DNA of 64,000 nt from an uncultured Candidatus Binatia bacterium (GTDB lineage: Bacteria > Desulfobacterota > Binatia > UBA9968 > JAJDTQ01). The stretch is from NCBI GenBank assembly GCA_965242525.1, contig OZ251459.1:1120001-1184000 (forward strand), in the 5' to 3' direction. Positions 1 to 8,592 of this stretch are shown here, in pieces (position 1 is the first letter of the stretch; the number at the start of each line of letters is the position of its first letter). A program made the position numbers and the translations under genes. The notes under the pieces are model-generated. The model did not search any database. It saw nothing but the letters and a program-made list of their open reading frames with translations, and was not told where the DNA came from.

Positions 1-84
1 TAGTGAATACCCCTGCTTGCATCGGTCAAACGTTCGTGCCGGACCGCTGAACCCGCGGCACACGCCACCCCCAGGAGGAAGAAC

Positions 85-1149
85 ATGCGCAAGTCGATAC
101 TGTTGGCCACCGCCCTCGCCCTGTCCCTCGCCGCCGCCACGGTGGGCGCGGAGACCCTGAACGTCGGCTTCATCTACGTGGGCCCCATCGGCGACCACGG
201 CTGGACCTTCCAGCACGACCGGGGCCGGCTCGGCATCGAGAAGGCCCTGGGCGACCGGGTCGAGACCGTTTACGTGGAGAACGTCGCCGAGGGCGCGGAC
301 AGCGAGCGCGCCATCACGCGCCTGGCCCGACAGGGCGCCGGCCTCATATTCACCACCTCGTTCGGGTACATGGACCCCACCATCAAGGTGGCCAAGCGCT
401 TTCCCGAGGTCCGTTTCGAGCACGCCACCGGCTACAAGCGGGCCGAGAACGTGGCCACCTATTCCGCGCGTTTCTACGAGGGACGCTACGTCATCGGCCA
501 GATCGCCGCGAAGATGTCCAGGAGCGGGGTGGCGGGCTACGTGGCCTCGTTCCCGGTGCCGGAGGTGGTGCGGGGAATCAACTCCTTCATGCTCGGCGCC
601 CAGTCGGTGAACCCCGACTTCAAGGTGAGGATCGTGTGGGTGAGCTCCTGGTTCGACCCCGGCAAGGAAGCCGACGCCACCAAGGTGCTCATGGGGCAGG
701 GGGCGGACGTCATCTCCCAGCACACCGACTCCACCGCGCCGCTCCAGACCGCAGGGCAGAAGGGCGCCCTGGCCTTCGGACAGGCGTCGGACATGCTGAC
801 GTTCGGGCCCAGGACCCAGCTCACCGCCATCATCAACAACTGGAGGCCCTACTACCTCCAGCGCGCCAGGGCGGCCCTCGACGGGTCCTGGAAGTCCACG
901 GACACCTGGGGAGGGTTGTCCAGCGGCATGATCCGCATGGCCTCTTACACCAACATGCCCGCGGAGGTCGCGGCCATGGCCAAGGCCACGCAGGAGCGGA
1001 TCCGTTCCGGCAAGCTGCATCCCTTCACCGGCCCCATCCACAGGCAGGACGGCTCCCTGGCCGTGGCCCCGGGCGAGCGCCTGGACGACGGCGTCCTGCT
1101 GGGCATGAACTGGTACGTGCGCGGCATCGACGACAAGCTGCCGCAGTGA
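85..1149 (+). CDS. BMP family ABC transporter substrate-binding protein (purine/nucleoside-binding type)
   Basis: Signal peptide; GFIYVGPIGDHGWT, FTTSFGY, SWFDPGKE and QHTDS motifs; AGGAGG SD upstream. Confidence 0.93.
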   Translation: MRKSILLATALALSLAAATVGAETLNVGFIYVGPIGDHGWTFQHDRGRLGIEKALGDRVETVYVENVAEGADSERAITRLARQGAGLIFTTSFGYMDPTIKVAKRFPEVRFEHATGYKRAENVATYSARFYEGRYVIGQIAAKMSRSGVAGYVASFPVPEVVRGINSFMLGAQSVNPDFKVRIVWVSSWFDPGKEADATKVLMGQGADVISQHTDSTAPLQTAGQKGALAFGQASDMLTFGPRTQLTAIINNWRPYYLQRARAALDGSWKSTDTWGGLSSGMIRMASYTNMPAEVAAMAKATQERIRSGKLHPFTGPIHRQDGSLAVAPGERLDDGVLLGMNWYVRGIDDKLPQ

Positions 1150-1161
1150 CCCCGGCGGGGC

Positions 1162-2976
1162 CTACCGCAGGTCCCGCCGCTCGGAGGTCAGGTCCCCGAA
1201 GGGGTCGGGTTTCCCGAGCCGCTCGCGGGCGTCCCGGTCCCCCTTGAGGCGCCAGTCGAACCACGCCCGCGCGTACCAGTCGCGGATGAGGTGGGGCAGA
1301 TAGACCTCGCCGGCGCCGCCCACCACCGCCCAGCCCAACTGGGTGTAGCGCTCCCCCGGGGCTCCCGGCGGGCCGAAGGCGGCCTTGCCGGTGGGCTTGC
1401 GGTTGCGTTCCGGGGTCTGGCCGAAGGCCAGCTCGCCGCGGCGGAACTTGGGCCACGGGAAGAGCCGCGCGAAGTCCTCGGCCATGGTGAAGTGGTCGGT
1501 ATCGCGGACGATCACCAGCATCCGGTCGGAGACCGCGCGCCGGTACGCGCTCAGGGCCACCGGTTGCGGGTTCTCCATGCGGTCCGGCGCGGCGCGCTCG
1601 GGGGCGAGGGGGAAGGCCTGGGCCGGGTCGCCGCCGGCCGCGGCCACCGCGGACTGGAACAGGCCGACGAACACCCGCTGGACGAAGTCGTCCTCGTCGC
1701 CGATCATGACGAGCAGGGGCTTGCGGCTGGCCACCGGCAGGCCGTCCCGGGCTTCGCCCGCGCCGAACACCTCCTCCGGCGTCCAGGTGAAGGGCGGGGC
1801 GTTGTTGAGGCCCAGGGCGGCGCTCACCCCGGGCAGGTGGTTGGCGGCCATCTGCGCGGTCATGGAGCCCAGCGAGTGGCCAGCGACGCCCACGCGCCCA
1901 CCGTCGATGCGCCCTTCCAGCAGGCCGCACAGGTCCCGCGCCGCGCTGGTGGCGCCCATGCCGGCCAGGGAGGTCCGACAGGCCTCCTCCTCCGCGCCCA
2001 GCAGCCGCACCGTGTGCAGCAACAGCCCCACGTCGGACACCCGCTGGCGGAACAGGTTGCGCATCATGGTGGTGGCGCGCTCCACGCCACCGGGCGGGAC
2101 CGTCGCCTTGGCGGGGTCGAAACCCTCCGGCGGCGCGAAGCCCCGGCCCTCCTGCCCGAACAGCAGGCGGTAGAAATAGGGGACCACCTTGATCCCGCCC
2201 AGGAGCAGCTCGTAGGCCTGCCGCAACTCCTCGGCCGACGCCTGTTTGGCGAAGGGGGAGTCCGGGTCGTGGAACACCAGCGGCAGGCCGCCGTCGGAGA
2301 CGAAGGTGAGGGAGGCCACTACGTAGCCGTGGGAGGCCAGGAACTCGCCCAGAGTGCTCCACATGCCGTGGTTGCCGGCAAGTCCGTGGGCCAGGAGGAC
2401 CAGCGGGAACTTCCCCTCCGCGGGCCGGGCGTCCCGCCACCCGCCCCGTGGCAGGTCGAGGATCCGGCCGCGGATGTCGGCCAGGGCCGCTTGCCGGGCG
2501 GCTCCGTCCGCCTCGGCGAGGCTGCCGCCGCCCCTCAGGCGGATGAACTGCGGCATCACCACCTGGGCCGCGGCGCCGATGCGCTGCGCCAGAGGGCCGT
2601 CTTCCCGGAAGAAGAAGTCCCGGTAGTCGGCGCGCCGCCCGCTGTTGGCCGGGAACGTGGAGCGCGGTCCGGCGAGGCGCCCCCGGGCCGGGTCTGGCGT
2701 GGCCGGATACCACAGGTGGAACACCACCGTGCGGGTCTGGCCTGCGGCCTCCACCCGGCGCAGCAGGTCCCGGTACTCGGGGCCGGCGTAAGCGCCGTTC
2801 CAGGGGTCGAAGCGTTGGCGGTTGTCCACCGCGAAGCCGGTGGCCACGCCTACGGCGTAGTCGCCATAGACGGCGCTTGCCGGCAACTTCTCCAACCCGG
2901 CCGCGCCCGACTCTCCGGCCGCCGCCCACACGAGGGCCGCGGCGAACGCGGCCAGAGTCCTTCCTCTCTTGCGCAT
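1162..2976 (-). CDS. Secreted alpha/beta hydrolase (PAF-acetylhydrolase/chlorophyllase-like)
   Basis: Signal peptide from MRKRGRTLAAF; LWYPA, FPLVLLAHG, LASHGYVV, GHSLG nucleophile elbow, TDHF. Confidence 0.8.
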   Translation of the reverse strand: MRKRGRTLAAFAAALVWAAAGESGAAGLEKLPASAVYGDYAVGVATGFAVDNRQRFDPWNGAYAGPEYRDLLRRVEAAGQTRTVVFHLWYPATPDPARGRLAGPRSTFPANSGRRADYRDFFFREDGPLAQRIGAAAQVVMPQFIRLRGGGSLAEADGAARQAALADIRGRILDLPRGGWRDARPAEGKFPLVLLAHGLAGNHGMWSTLGEFLASHGYVVASLTFVSDGGLPLVFHDPDSPFAKQASAEELRQAYELLLGGIKVVPYFYRLLFGQEGRGFAPPEGFDPAKATVPPGGVERATTMMRNLFRQRVSDVGLLLHTVRLLGAEEEACRTSLAGMGATSAARDLCGLLEGRIDGGRVGVAGHSLGSMTAQMAANHLPGVSAALGLNNAPPFTWTPEEVFGAGEARDGLPVASRKPLLVMIGDEDDFVQRVFVGLFQSAVAAAGGDPAQAFPLAPERAAPDRMENPQPVALSAYRRAVSDRMLVIVRDTDHFTMAEDFARLFPWPKFRRGELAFGQTPERNRKPTGKAAFGPPGAPGERYTQLGWAVVGGAGEVYLPHLIRDWYARAWFDWRLKGDRDARERLGKPDPFGDLTSERRDLR

Positions 2977-3067
2977 GGTGCATGCCCCCCTAGAATGGTT
3001 TGACCGCCCTGCGGTTTCCTCCCTTATGAAGGGAGTCCGGGTCCGAGTCAAACCCCCGGGACTCGTG

Positions 3068-3202
3068 CGGGACATGGAGGATGGATTCCCTCACCCCGGA
3101 CTCCTGTTTCCGTTCATCCTCATCTCCGTTCGTCCTGAGCGTAGCGAAGCGGAGTCGAAGGACACGCCCATGCTTCCCTTGTCCCGATTCTTCAGGGTTT
3201 CC
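3068..3202 (+). repeat. Repeat family copy 1 (38-bp palindromic core 3126-3163; IS5-like TIR-like end 3187-3202)
   Basis: Core ccgttcgtcctgagcgtagcgaagcggagtcgaaggac; whole unit is an imperfect inverted copy of 3726-3860. Confidence 0.9.
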
Positions 3203-3259
3203 GTAGAGGGGACACGATAGGGAGGGGAGGAACGACGGTGGAGTTCGGAGGATGGAGGT

Positions 3260-3334
3260 TGGCGCGCCCGCCAGGAATCGAACCTGGACTTAGGGTTCCG
3301 GAGACCCTCGTGATGTCCTTTTCACTACGGGCGC
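3260..3334 (-). tRNA. tRNA-Arg(CCG)
   Basis: Reverse strand GCGCCCGTAGTG...AGGGT-CT-CCG-GA-ACCCT...GGTTCGATTCC...CGGGCGCGCCA; cloverleaf with encoded CCA. Confidence 0.96.
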
Positions 3335-3394
3335 CCGTGTTATTCTTACCAGACCGGGGACCCCTTGCTCAAGCGGCGCCGTGCCCCGGGCGCG

Positions 3395-3610
3395 CTATGA
3401 TTCGGGAAACAGCCTTTTCCCCGCATCGTCCTCCACCGTGATGGCCTTGGTGGGACAGATCCGGGCAGCCAGCACGACCTTCTCCCGGGTGTCGCCGTCG
3501 GGGTCCGCGACCTCCGCGATGAACCGCTCGTTCATCCTGAAGACCGCGGGCGCGGCCTGTACGCACTTTTCGTGGCCGTCGCACTTGGCGGCATCGACCT
3601 GGACCTTCAT
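3395..3610 (-). CDS. Single-cluster ferredoxin ([3Fe-4S]-type, CxxHxxC...CP)
   Basis: MKVQVDAAKCDGHEKC...APAVF...ICPTKAI; GGAGGG SD upstream. Confidence 0.92.
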   Translation of the reverse strand: MKVQVDAAKCDGHEKCVQAAPAVFRMNERFIAEVADPDGDTREKVVLAARICPTKAITVEDDAGKRLFPES

Positions 3611-3725
3611 GTTCCCTCCCGAATGCAGACGTAGATACCCGTTCTATACCCCACCGGACCGCGTCGTTCCAGCCCACGGCCGGCAACCGGGTCCCCCGGA
3701 AACCCGTTGCTTTGGTGTTCCTTCG

Positions 3726-3860
3726 GGAAACCCCTGGAGAATCGGGACGAGGGGAGCATGAGCCCGTCCTTCGACTCCGCTTCGCTACGCTCAGGACGAA
3801 CGGGGATGGGGACGAACGGGGACAGGAGGTCGGGGTGGGGATTCCATCCTCCCTGTCCGC
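3726..3860 (-). repeat. Repeat family copy 2 (core 3766-3803), inverted relative to copy 1
   Basis: gtccttcgactccgcttcgctacgctcaggacgaacgg is the exact reverse complement of the copy 1 core; flanks also align. Confidence 0.9.
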
Positions 3861-3913
3861 CCGTTGCTTCGGTATTGCGGCGCCGGAAACGCATGGGATA
3901 TAGTGGACTCCCC

Positions 3914-5737
3914 ATGCGGGTCCACCGATATACGCAATGGGACGGGTCCCAGGTGGTCCGGTTCCCTACGGCAAACGACCTGCTGCGGCAGTTGTCGGAC
4001 GCGTTCCTCGAGGAAGAGGGGGTGCGCCGTGCGCTCCAGAGCCTCATGCGGCGGGGCTTCGAGTCCGAGGACGGGCGTCGTTCGGTGCAGGGGATGCGGG
4101 ACCTCCTGCGGCAGGCGGAGGAGAAGAAGCAGGAGCTGCTGAACAGGTACTCGCCCGACTCCTTCAAGCTCTCCCCCGAGGAGAGCGAAGCCCTCGCCGA
4201 CAAGTTGAACCGGTTGGCCGAGAAGCTGGAAGCATACCACGAGAAGATGCGCAACTTCATGGAGCGCCTGTCCGGCCGGTACGCCCGGAACATGGACGAG
4301 CTGGCCGAGAGGATGCGCCAGGCCCGGGAACGCTACCGGAAGCTTAGGGAGCGTCTGGGCGAGCAGGTGGAGCAACGCTCCATGGACCGGCCCCAGGACC
4401 TCACGGGACCGGGCGCCCCGGACCTCTCCCAACTGCTGGAGAGGCTGAACCGGCTGCTCGACGACGACGATTTCCTGCAGAACCTCCCCGACATGCTGGA
4501 CGCCGCGGTGGAGGACCTGGACAACCTCCTGGACGGCCTCGATTCGATGAGCGGGCAGGACCTCCAGCGCCTGAGCGAGGCCATGTCCCGGATGGAGCAA
4601 CTCGAACAACTCCTCAACCAGTACCCCTTCCAGGGAAGCCAGCGCATGGGCATGGGGGAAGCGGGGCAGGTGCTGGGGCAGCTACGGGACCTGGAGCAGT
4701 TCCTGCGTTGGGGGCGGCGAGGGCTCGGCGACGTCTCCGACCTCGACCTGGAGGCCATGCGCGAGCTACTCGGGGAGGAAGCCTACGATCAACTCAAGTA
4801 CCTCCAGGGCGTCGAGCAGATGATGGTGGACGCGGGCTACTTGGTGCGCACCGGGAGCGGCGTGAGGATCAGCCCCAGGGGCATGCGCCAGCTCGGCGAC
4901 AAGGCCCTGAAGGAGATATTCCAGCTCATGAACAAGAACCGCTGGGGCCAGCACGCCAGCGCCAGGACCGGCAACCAGGGTATGCGGCTGGAGGAGACCA
5001 AGCGCTACGAGTACGGCAACCCCCTCCACATCGACATCCGCAAGACCCTCATGCAGGCGCTGGAAGAGGGGAGGGGCGGGGTTCCGGTGCGGGTCGAGCC
5101 CGGCGACTTCCAGGTCCATGAGCACGAGTTCTCCACCGACACCGAGACCGTGTTGCTCATCGACGTGAGCTACTCCATGCTGATGAACGAGGCCCTGCAG
5201 GCCGGCAAGAAGGTGGCCCTGGCCCTGAACCGGCTCATCGAGACCAAGTTCCCCCAGGACGTGCTCCACCTGGTGGCCTTCCGCTCCAACGCCAAGGTCA
5301 TCCGCACCGAGGACCTGCCCTCCATCGTGGCCATCACCTACTTCATGGAGCACGGCACCGACATCAAGGAAGCCTTGAGGTTTTCCCGGCAACTTCTCGG
5401 GAACAACCGCTCCACGAACCGCCAGATCATCCTCATCACCGACGGGGAGCCCACCGCCTGCAACGTCGACCGGGGAGGGCGCCTCCACAGCGGCTGGGGT
5501 TCGGCGCTGCTCCACGAACGCATCGTCCGGGAGACCCTGAAGGAGGTGCAGCGCTGCACCCGGAGCGGCATCCGCATCAACACCTTCATGCTGGGGATGG
5601 ACTACTACCGCACGGGCTTCGTCGATCGGCTCACCCGGATGAACACGGGCCGCGTCTTCTACGCCTCTCCCGACCAGATCGGGAACTACATCGTGGTGGA
5701 CTACCTGGCCAACAAGCGCAAACGGCTGCGTCGGTGA
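3914..5737 (+). CDS. VWA domain-containing protein with long coiled-coil N-terminal region
   Basis: N-terminal RYTQWDGSQ; YEYGNPLHIDIRKT; MIDAS-like LIDVSYSM, ILITDGEPTA, INTFML; start moved past the repeat-derived extension. Confidence 0.88.
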   Translation: MRVHRYTQWDGSQVVRFPTANDLLRQLSDAFLEEEGVRRALQSLMRRGFESEDGRRSVQGMRDLLRQAEEKKQELLNRYSPDSFKLSPEESEALADKLNRLAEKLEAYHEKMRNFMERLSGRYARNMDELAERMRQARERYRKLRERLGEQVEQRSMDRPQDLTGPGAPDLSQLLERLNRLLDDDDFLQNLPDMLDAAVEDLDNLLDGLDSMSGQDLQRLSEAMSRMEQLEQLLNQYPFQGSQRMGMGEAGQVLGQLRDLEQFLRWGRRGLGDVSDLDLEAMRELLGEEAYDQLKYLQGVEQMMVDAGYLVRTGSGVRISPRGMRQLGDKALKEIFQLMNKNRWGQHASARTGNQGMRLEETKRYEYGNPLHIDIRKTLMQALEEGRGGVPVRVEPGDFQVHEHEFSTDTETVLLIDVSYSMLMNEALQAGKKVALALNRLIETKFPQDVLHLVAFRSNAKVIRTEDLPSIVAITYFMEHGTDIKEALRFSRQLLGNNRSTNRQIILITDGEPTACNVDRGGRLHSGWGSALLHERIVRETLKEVQRCTRSGIRINTFMLGMDYYRTGFVDRLTRMNTGRVFYASPDQIGNYIVVDYLANKRKRLRR

Positions 5738-5813
5738 CCCGCGCCCCGGGGGCCGTTCCTTCGGACCCGGTGGCCGGTGGCCTGCGAGCGCCCGGTCTGC
5801 TATAAGGGGAACC

Positions 5814-6584
5814 ATGAAGATCATCCCGATTCCGTTGCTCAAGGACAACTACGGCTACCTCCTGGTCTGCGAGAAGACCAATCGGGCGGGCATCGTCGAT
5901 CCTTCCGAGGGAGAGCCGGTCTGGCGCCGGGTACGGGAGGAAGGGGTCGAGCTCACGGCCATCCTCAACACCCACCACCACCGGGACCACACGGGCGGGA
6001 ACGAATACCTGCTCCGGCAGGCCCCGGGTCTGGAGGTGTTCGGGGCCAGGGTGGACGAAGACCGCATCCCGGGCATCACCCGGCTCCTCGAAGAAGGGGA
6101 CGAAGTCCGGGTGGGGGAGGAGCGCGGGACGGTGCTGTTCATCCCCGGCCATACCCGCGGGCACATCGCCTTCGTCTTTCCCGGCAGGCTCTTCAGCGGC
6201 GACGCGCTGTTCGCGGGCGGGTGCGGACGGGTGTTCGAGGGAACCCCGGAGCAGATGACCGCCTCCCTCGGGAAGCTCCGGGGCCTGTCCGGCGACACCC
6301 TGGTCTATTTCGGCCACGAATACACGGAGAAGAACCTCCAGTTCGCCCTGACGGTGGAGCCCAACAACGAGAAGGTCCGCAGCCGGCTGGAGCAGGTCCG
6401 GGAGCTCAGGGCCAGGGACCGGTTCACGGCGCCCTCCATGCTTGCCGACGAGCTCGACACCAACCCGTTCCTCCGCTGGGAGAGCGGCGAGATCCAATCC
6501 GGCCTGTCGGAGCGCTTTCCGGGCATGGGAACCGACCCGGTGTCGGTCTTCGCCAAGGTCCGGGAGCTCAAGGACGCCTATTGA
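5814..6584 (+). CDS. gloB: Hydroxyacylglutathione hydrolase (glyoxalase II)
   Basis: DNYGYL, THHHRDHTGG, PGHTRGHI, FSGDALFAGGCGR, GHEYT, TNPFLR, RELKD. Confidence 0.95.
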   Translation: MKIIPIPLLKDNYGYLLVCEKTNRAGIVDPSEGEPVWRRVREEGVELTAILNTHHHRDHTGGNEYLLRQAPGLEVFGARVDEDRIPGITRLLEEGDEVRVGEERGTVLFIPGHTRGHIAFVFPGRLFSGDALFAGGCGRVFEGTPEQMTASLGKLRGLSGDTLVYFGHEYTEKNLQFALTVEPNNEKVRSRLEQVRELRARDRFTAPSMLADELDTNPFLRWESGEIQSGLSERFPGMGTDPVSVFAKVRELKDAY

Positions 6585-6585
6585 G

Positions 6586-7446
6586 GTGCGGTTCGCCACC
6601 TTGAAGAACGGCAGCGTCGCCGCGGTGACGGGCGACGGAATGGTCATCCTGGACCACGCCTCCATGGCCGACTTGGCCGCCTCCTGCGCAACCGACCGGG
6701 AGGCCGTCGAGCGGGCCGTCTCGGAGAAGGCGCCGGTGAGCCTCGACCCCGGCCAACTCGCCGCTCCGGTGCCCAAGCCTTCCAAGATCTGGGGCGCGGC
6801 CGGCAACTACCGGCGCGGCGGCAAGGCTCTCGACAGCGCCGGCGGGCGAGGGGAGGCCAGGGAAGCCACGCCGGACGAGCTGCTGGAGTCCATCTTCCTC
6901 AAGCCGCCGTCCGCGGTCATCGGTCCCGGCGAGAGCATCGTCATCCCCCCCAACGCCGACACCGTCTTCCCGGAGCTGGAGTTGTGCGTGGTCGTCGGCC
7001 GGGAATGCCGGGGGTTGTCGGAGGAAGAGGCCCTGGACGCGGTGTTCGGCTACAGCGTCATCCTCGACGTCACCGCCCGGGGCTACGGCTCGGGAAAGAA
7101 CCTCATGGGCACCCGCTGCGTGCGCAAGGGCTTCGACACGTTCGCGCCGGTGGGTCCGTGGATCGTCACCCGGGACGAGATACCCGACCCGCAAGCGCTG
7201 GACATGCGGCTGTGGGTTAACGACGACCTGCGGCAGTCCGCCAGCACCCGCGGCATGATCAACGGGGTGGCGCGGCTGGTCAGCTACCTTTCCCATGTGG
7301 GCACCTTGTTCCCCGGCGACCTCATCGCCAGCGGCAACCCGGACGCCCCGGCCTTCCAGAAGCAACTGGCCCCGGGGGACGAGCTCACCGCGGAGATCGA
7401 AGGCGTGGGACAGCTTCGGGTGGGGGTGGCGCGGGCCGCGGGTTGA
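6586..7446 (+). CDS. Fumarylacetoacetate hydrolase family protein
   Basis: FLKPPSAVIGP, PELEL, DVTAR, KGFDTFAPVGPWIVT, LFPGDLIASG; GTG start just after gloB stop. Confidence 0.92.
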   Translation: MRFATLKNGSVAAVTGDGMVILDHASMADLAASCATDREAVERAVSEKAPVSLDPGQLAAPVPKPSKIWGAAGNYRRGGKALDSAGGRGEAREATPDELLESIFLKPPSAVIGPGESIVIPPNADTVFPELELCVVVGRECRGLSEEEALDAVFGYSVILDVTARGYGSGKNLMGTRCVRKGFDTFAPVGPWIVTRDEIPDPQALDMRLWVNDDLRQSASTRGMINGVARLVSYLSHVGTLFPGDLIASGNPDAPAFQKQLAPGDELTAEIEGVGQLRVGVARAAG

Positions 7447-7487
7447 CCGGAGCGCCCGGGCCGGTCCCCGCATCGGAGGCGACCCCC

Positions 7488-7967
7488 ATGAGCGAGGCCC
7501 CCGCCTTCCAGGACCAAGGCTCCACCACCGTGTGCTACGGCTGCGGGCCGGCCAACCAACAGGGTCTCCAACTCAAGAGCCGTTGGGACGGGGAGGAAGC
7601 CGTCTGCACCTGGACGGCGCAGCCCCACCACTGCGGCGGCGCGCGCAACGTGGTGAACGGCGGCGTCATCGCAACCCTGCTGGACTGCCACAGCCTCAAC
7701 CTCGCCATCGCCCGGGCCTACCGGGACGAGCAGCGGCCCATCGGCAGCGCCCCCCGGGTCTTCTTCGTCACCGCCAGCATGAACGTGAACTACCGGCGCC
7801 CGACGCCCCTGGGGAAGCCCCTGGAGTTGCGCGCCTCCATCCGCAAGGTGGAAGGACGCAAGACCTTCCTGCGGTGCACCCTCGGTTGCGAACAGGAACT
7901 GTGCGCGGACGCCGAAGTCCTGGCGGTCCGCATCCACCGGGACGAATCGGTGGAGCCCACCCGGTAG
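7488..7967 (+). CDS. PaaI family (hotdog) thioesterase
   Basis: CYGCGPANQQGL, NGGVIATLLDCHS, VTASMNVNYRRPTP; GGAGG SD. Confidence 0.9.
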   Translation: MSEAPAFQDQGSTTVCYGCGPANQQGLQLKSRWDGEEAVCTWTAQPHHCGGARNVVNGGVIATLLDCHSLNLAIARAYRDEQRPIGSAPRVFFVTASMNVNYRRPTPLGKPLELRASIRKVEGRKTFLRCTLGCEQELCADAEVLAVRIHRDESVEPTR

Positions 7968-8159
7968 CGCCGCGCCTCCCAGCGCAGCCTTTTTGGCGAC
8001 GACGCAGTCCGGGCCGCCATCAGGGCGTCGCGTCTCTCTCTGCGCGGCCTTTTCGATGGCGTGAGGAAATGGCGCCTCCCGTGCGTTTGTGGTAACTGTT
8101 TCAGGATGGGATTCAAGTGCGCTTCGAGTGCGGCAGGGGAGAAACGGAAGGGGATCGTC

Positions 8160-8573
8160 ATGGGGACCATCGTCGTCAACGTGGGCTTGGAGAACGTGGA
8201 AGACCGGGCCGCCTTCAAGCGAGGTCTGTGCGACGAGGCGAGCATCCGCCGCACGGAAGTGGAGGGCGTCGTGGACACGGGCGCCGTCTCGCTGGCGCTG
8301 CCCGAGGACGTCGTGGAACGCCTCGGGTTGGACACGCAGGGAACGGCCGGGGTCACCTATGCGGACGGTCGGAAAGACGAACGCCCGGTGGTCGGCCCCC
8401 TCACCGTATCCGTCGTGGGCCGGAGCATGCACGTGGACGCCATCGTACTGCCCCCTTTCAGCGAAGTCCTTGTGGGCCAGATCGTGCTCGAGTTCCTGGA
8501 CCTCGTTGCGGACAGCCGCAACCGCACCCTCCAACCGCGAATACCGGACTATCCGCTGCTGGACATGAGATAG
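8160..8573 (+). CDS. Clan AA (retropepsin-like) aspartic protease
   Basis: VVDTGAVSLALP catalytic motif; YADG; LVGQIVLEFLDLVAD. Confidence 0.88.
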   Translation: MGTIVVNVGLENVEDRAAFKRGLCDEASIRRTEVEGVVDTGAVSLALPEDVVERLGLDTQGTAGVTYADGRKDERPVVGPLTVSVVGRSMHVDAIVLPPFSEVLVGQIVLEFLDLVADSRNRTLQPRIPDYPLLDMR

Positions 8574-8592
8574 GGACCTGTCCCGCGCCCGG

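Noticed and set aside
3238-3441. 67-aa ORF, and likewise 42108-42443
   Set aside because: Antisense translations of the two tRNA genes
3707-3913. N-terminal extension of the VWA ORF
   Set aside because: It is a translation of repeat copy 2 (SFDSASLRSGRT); the family-like start is at 3914
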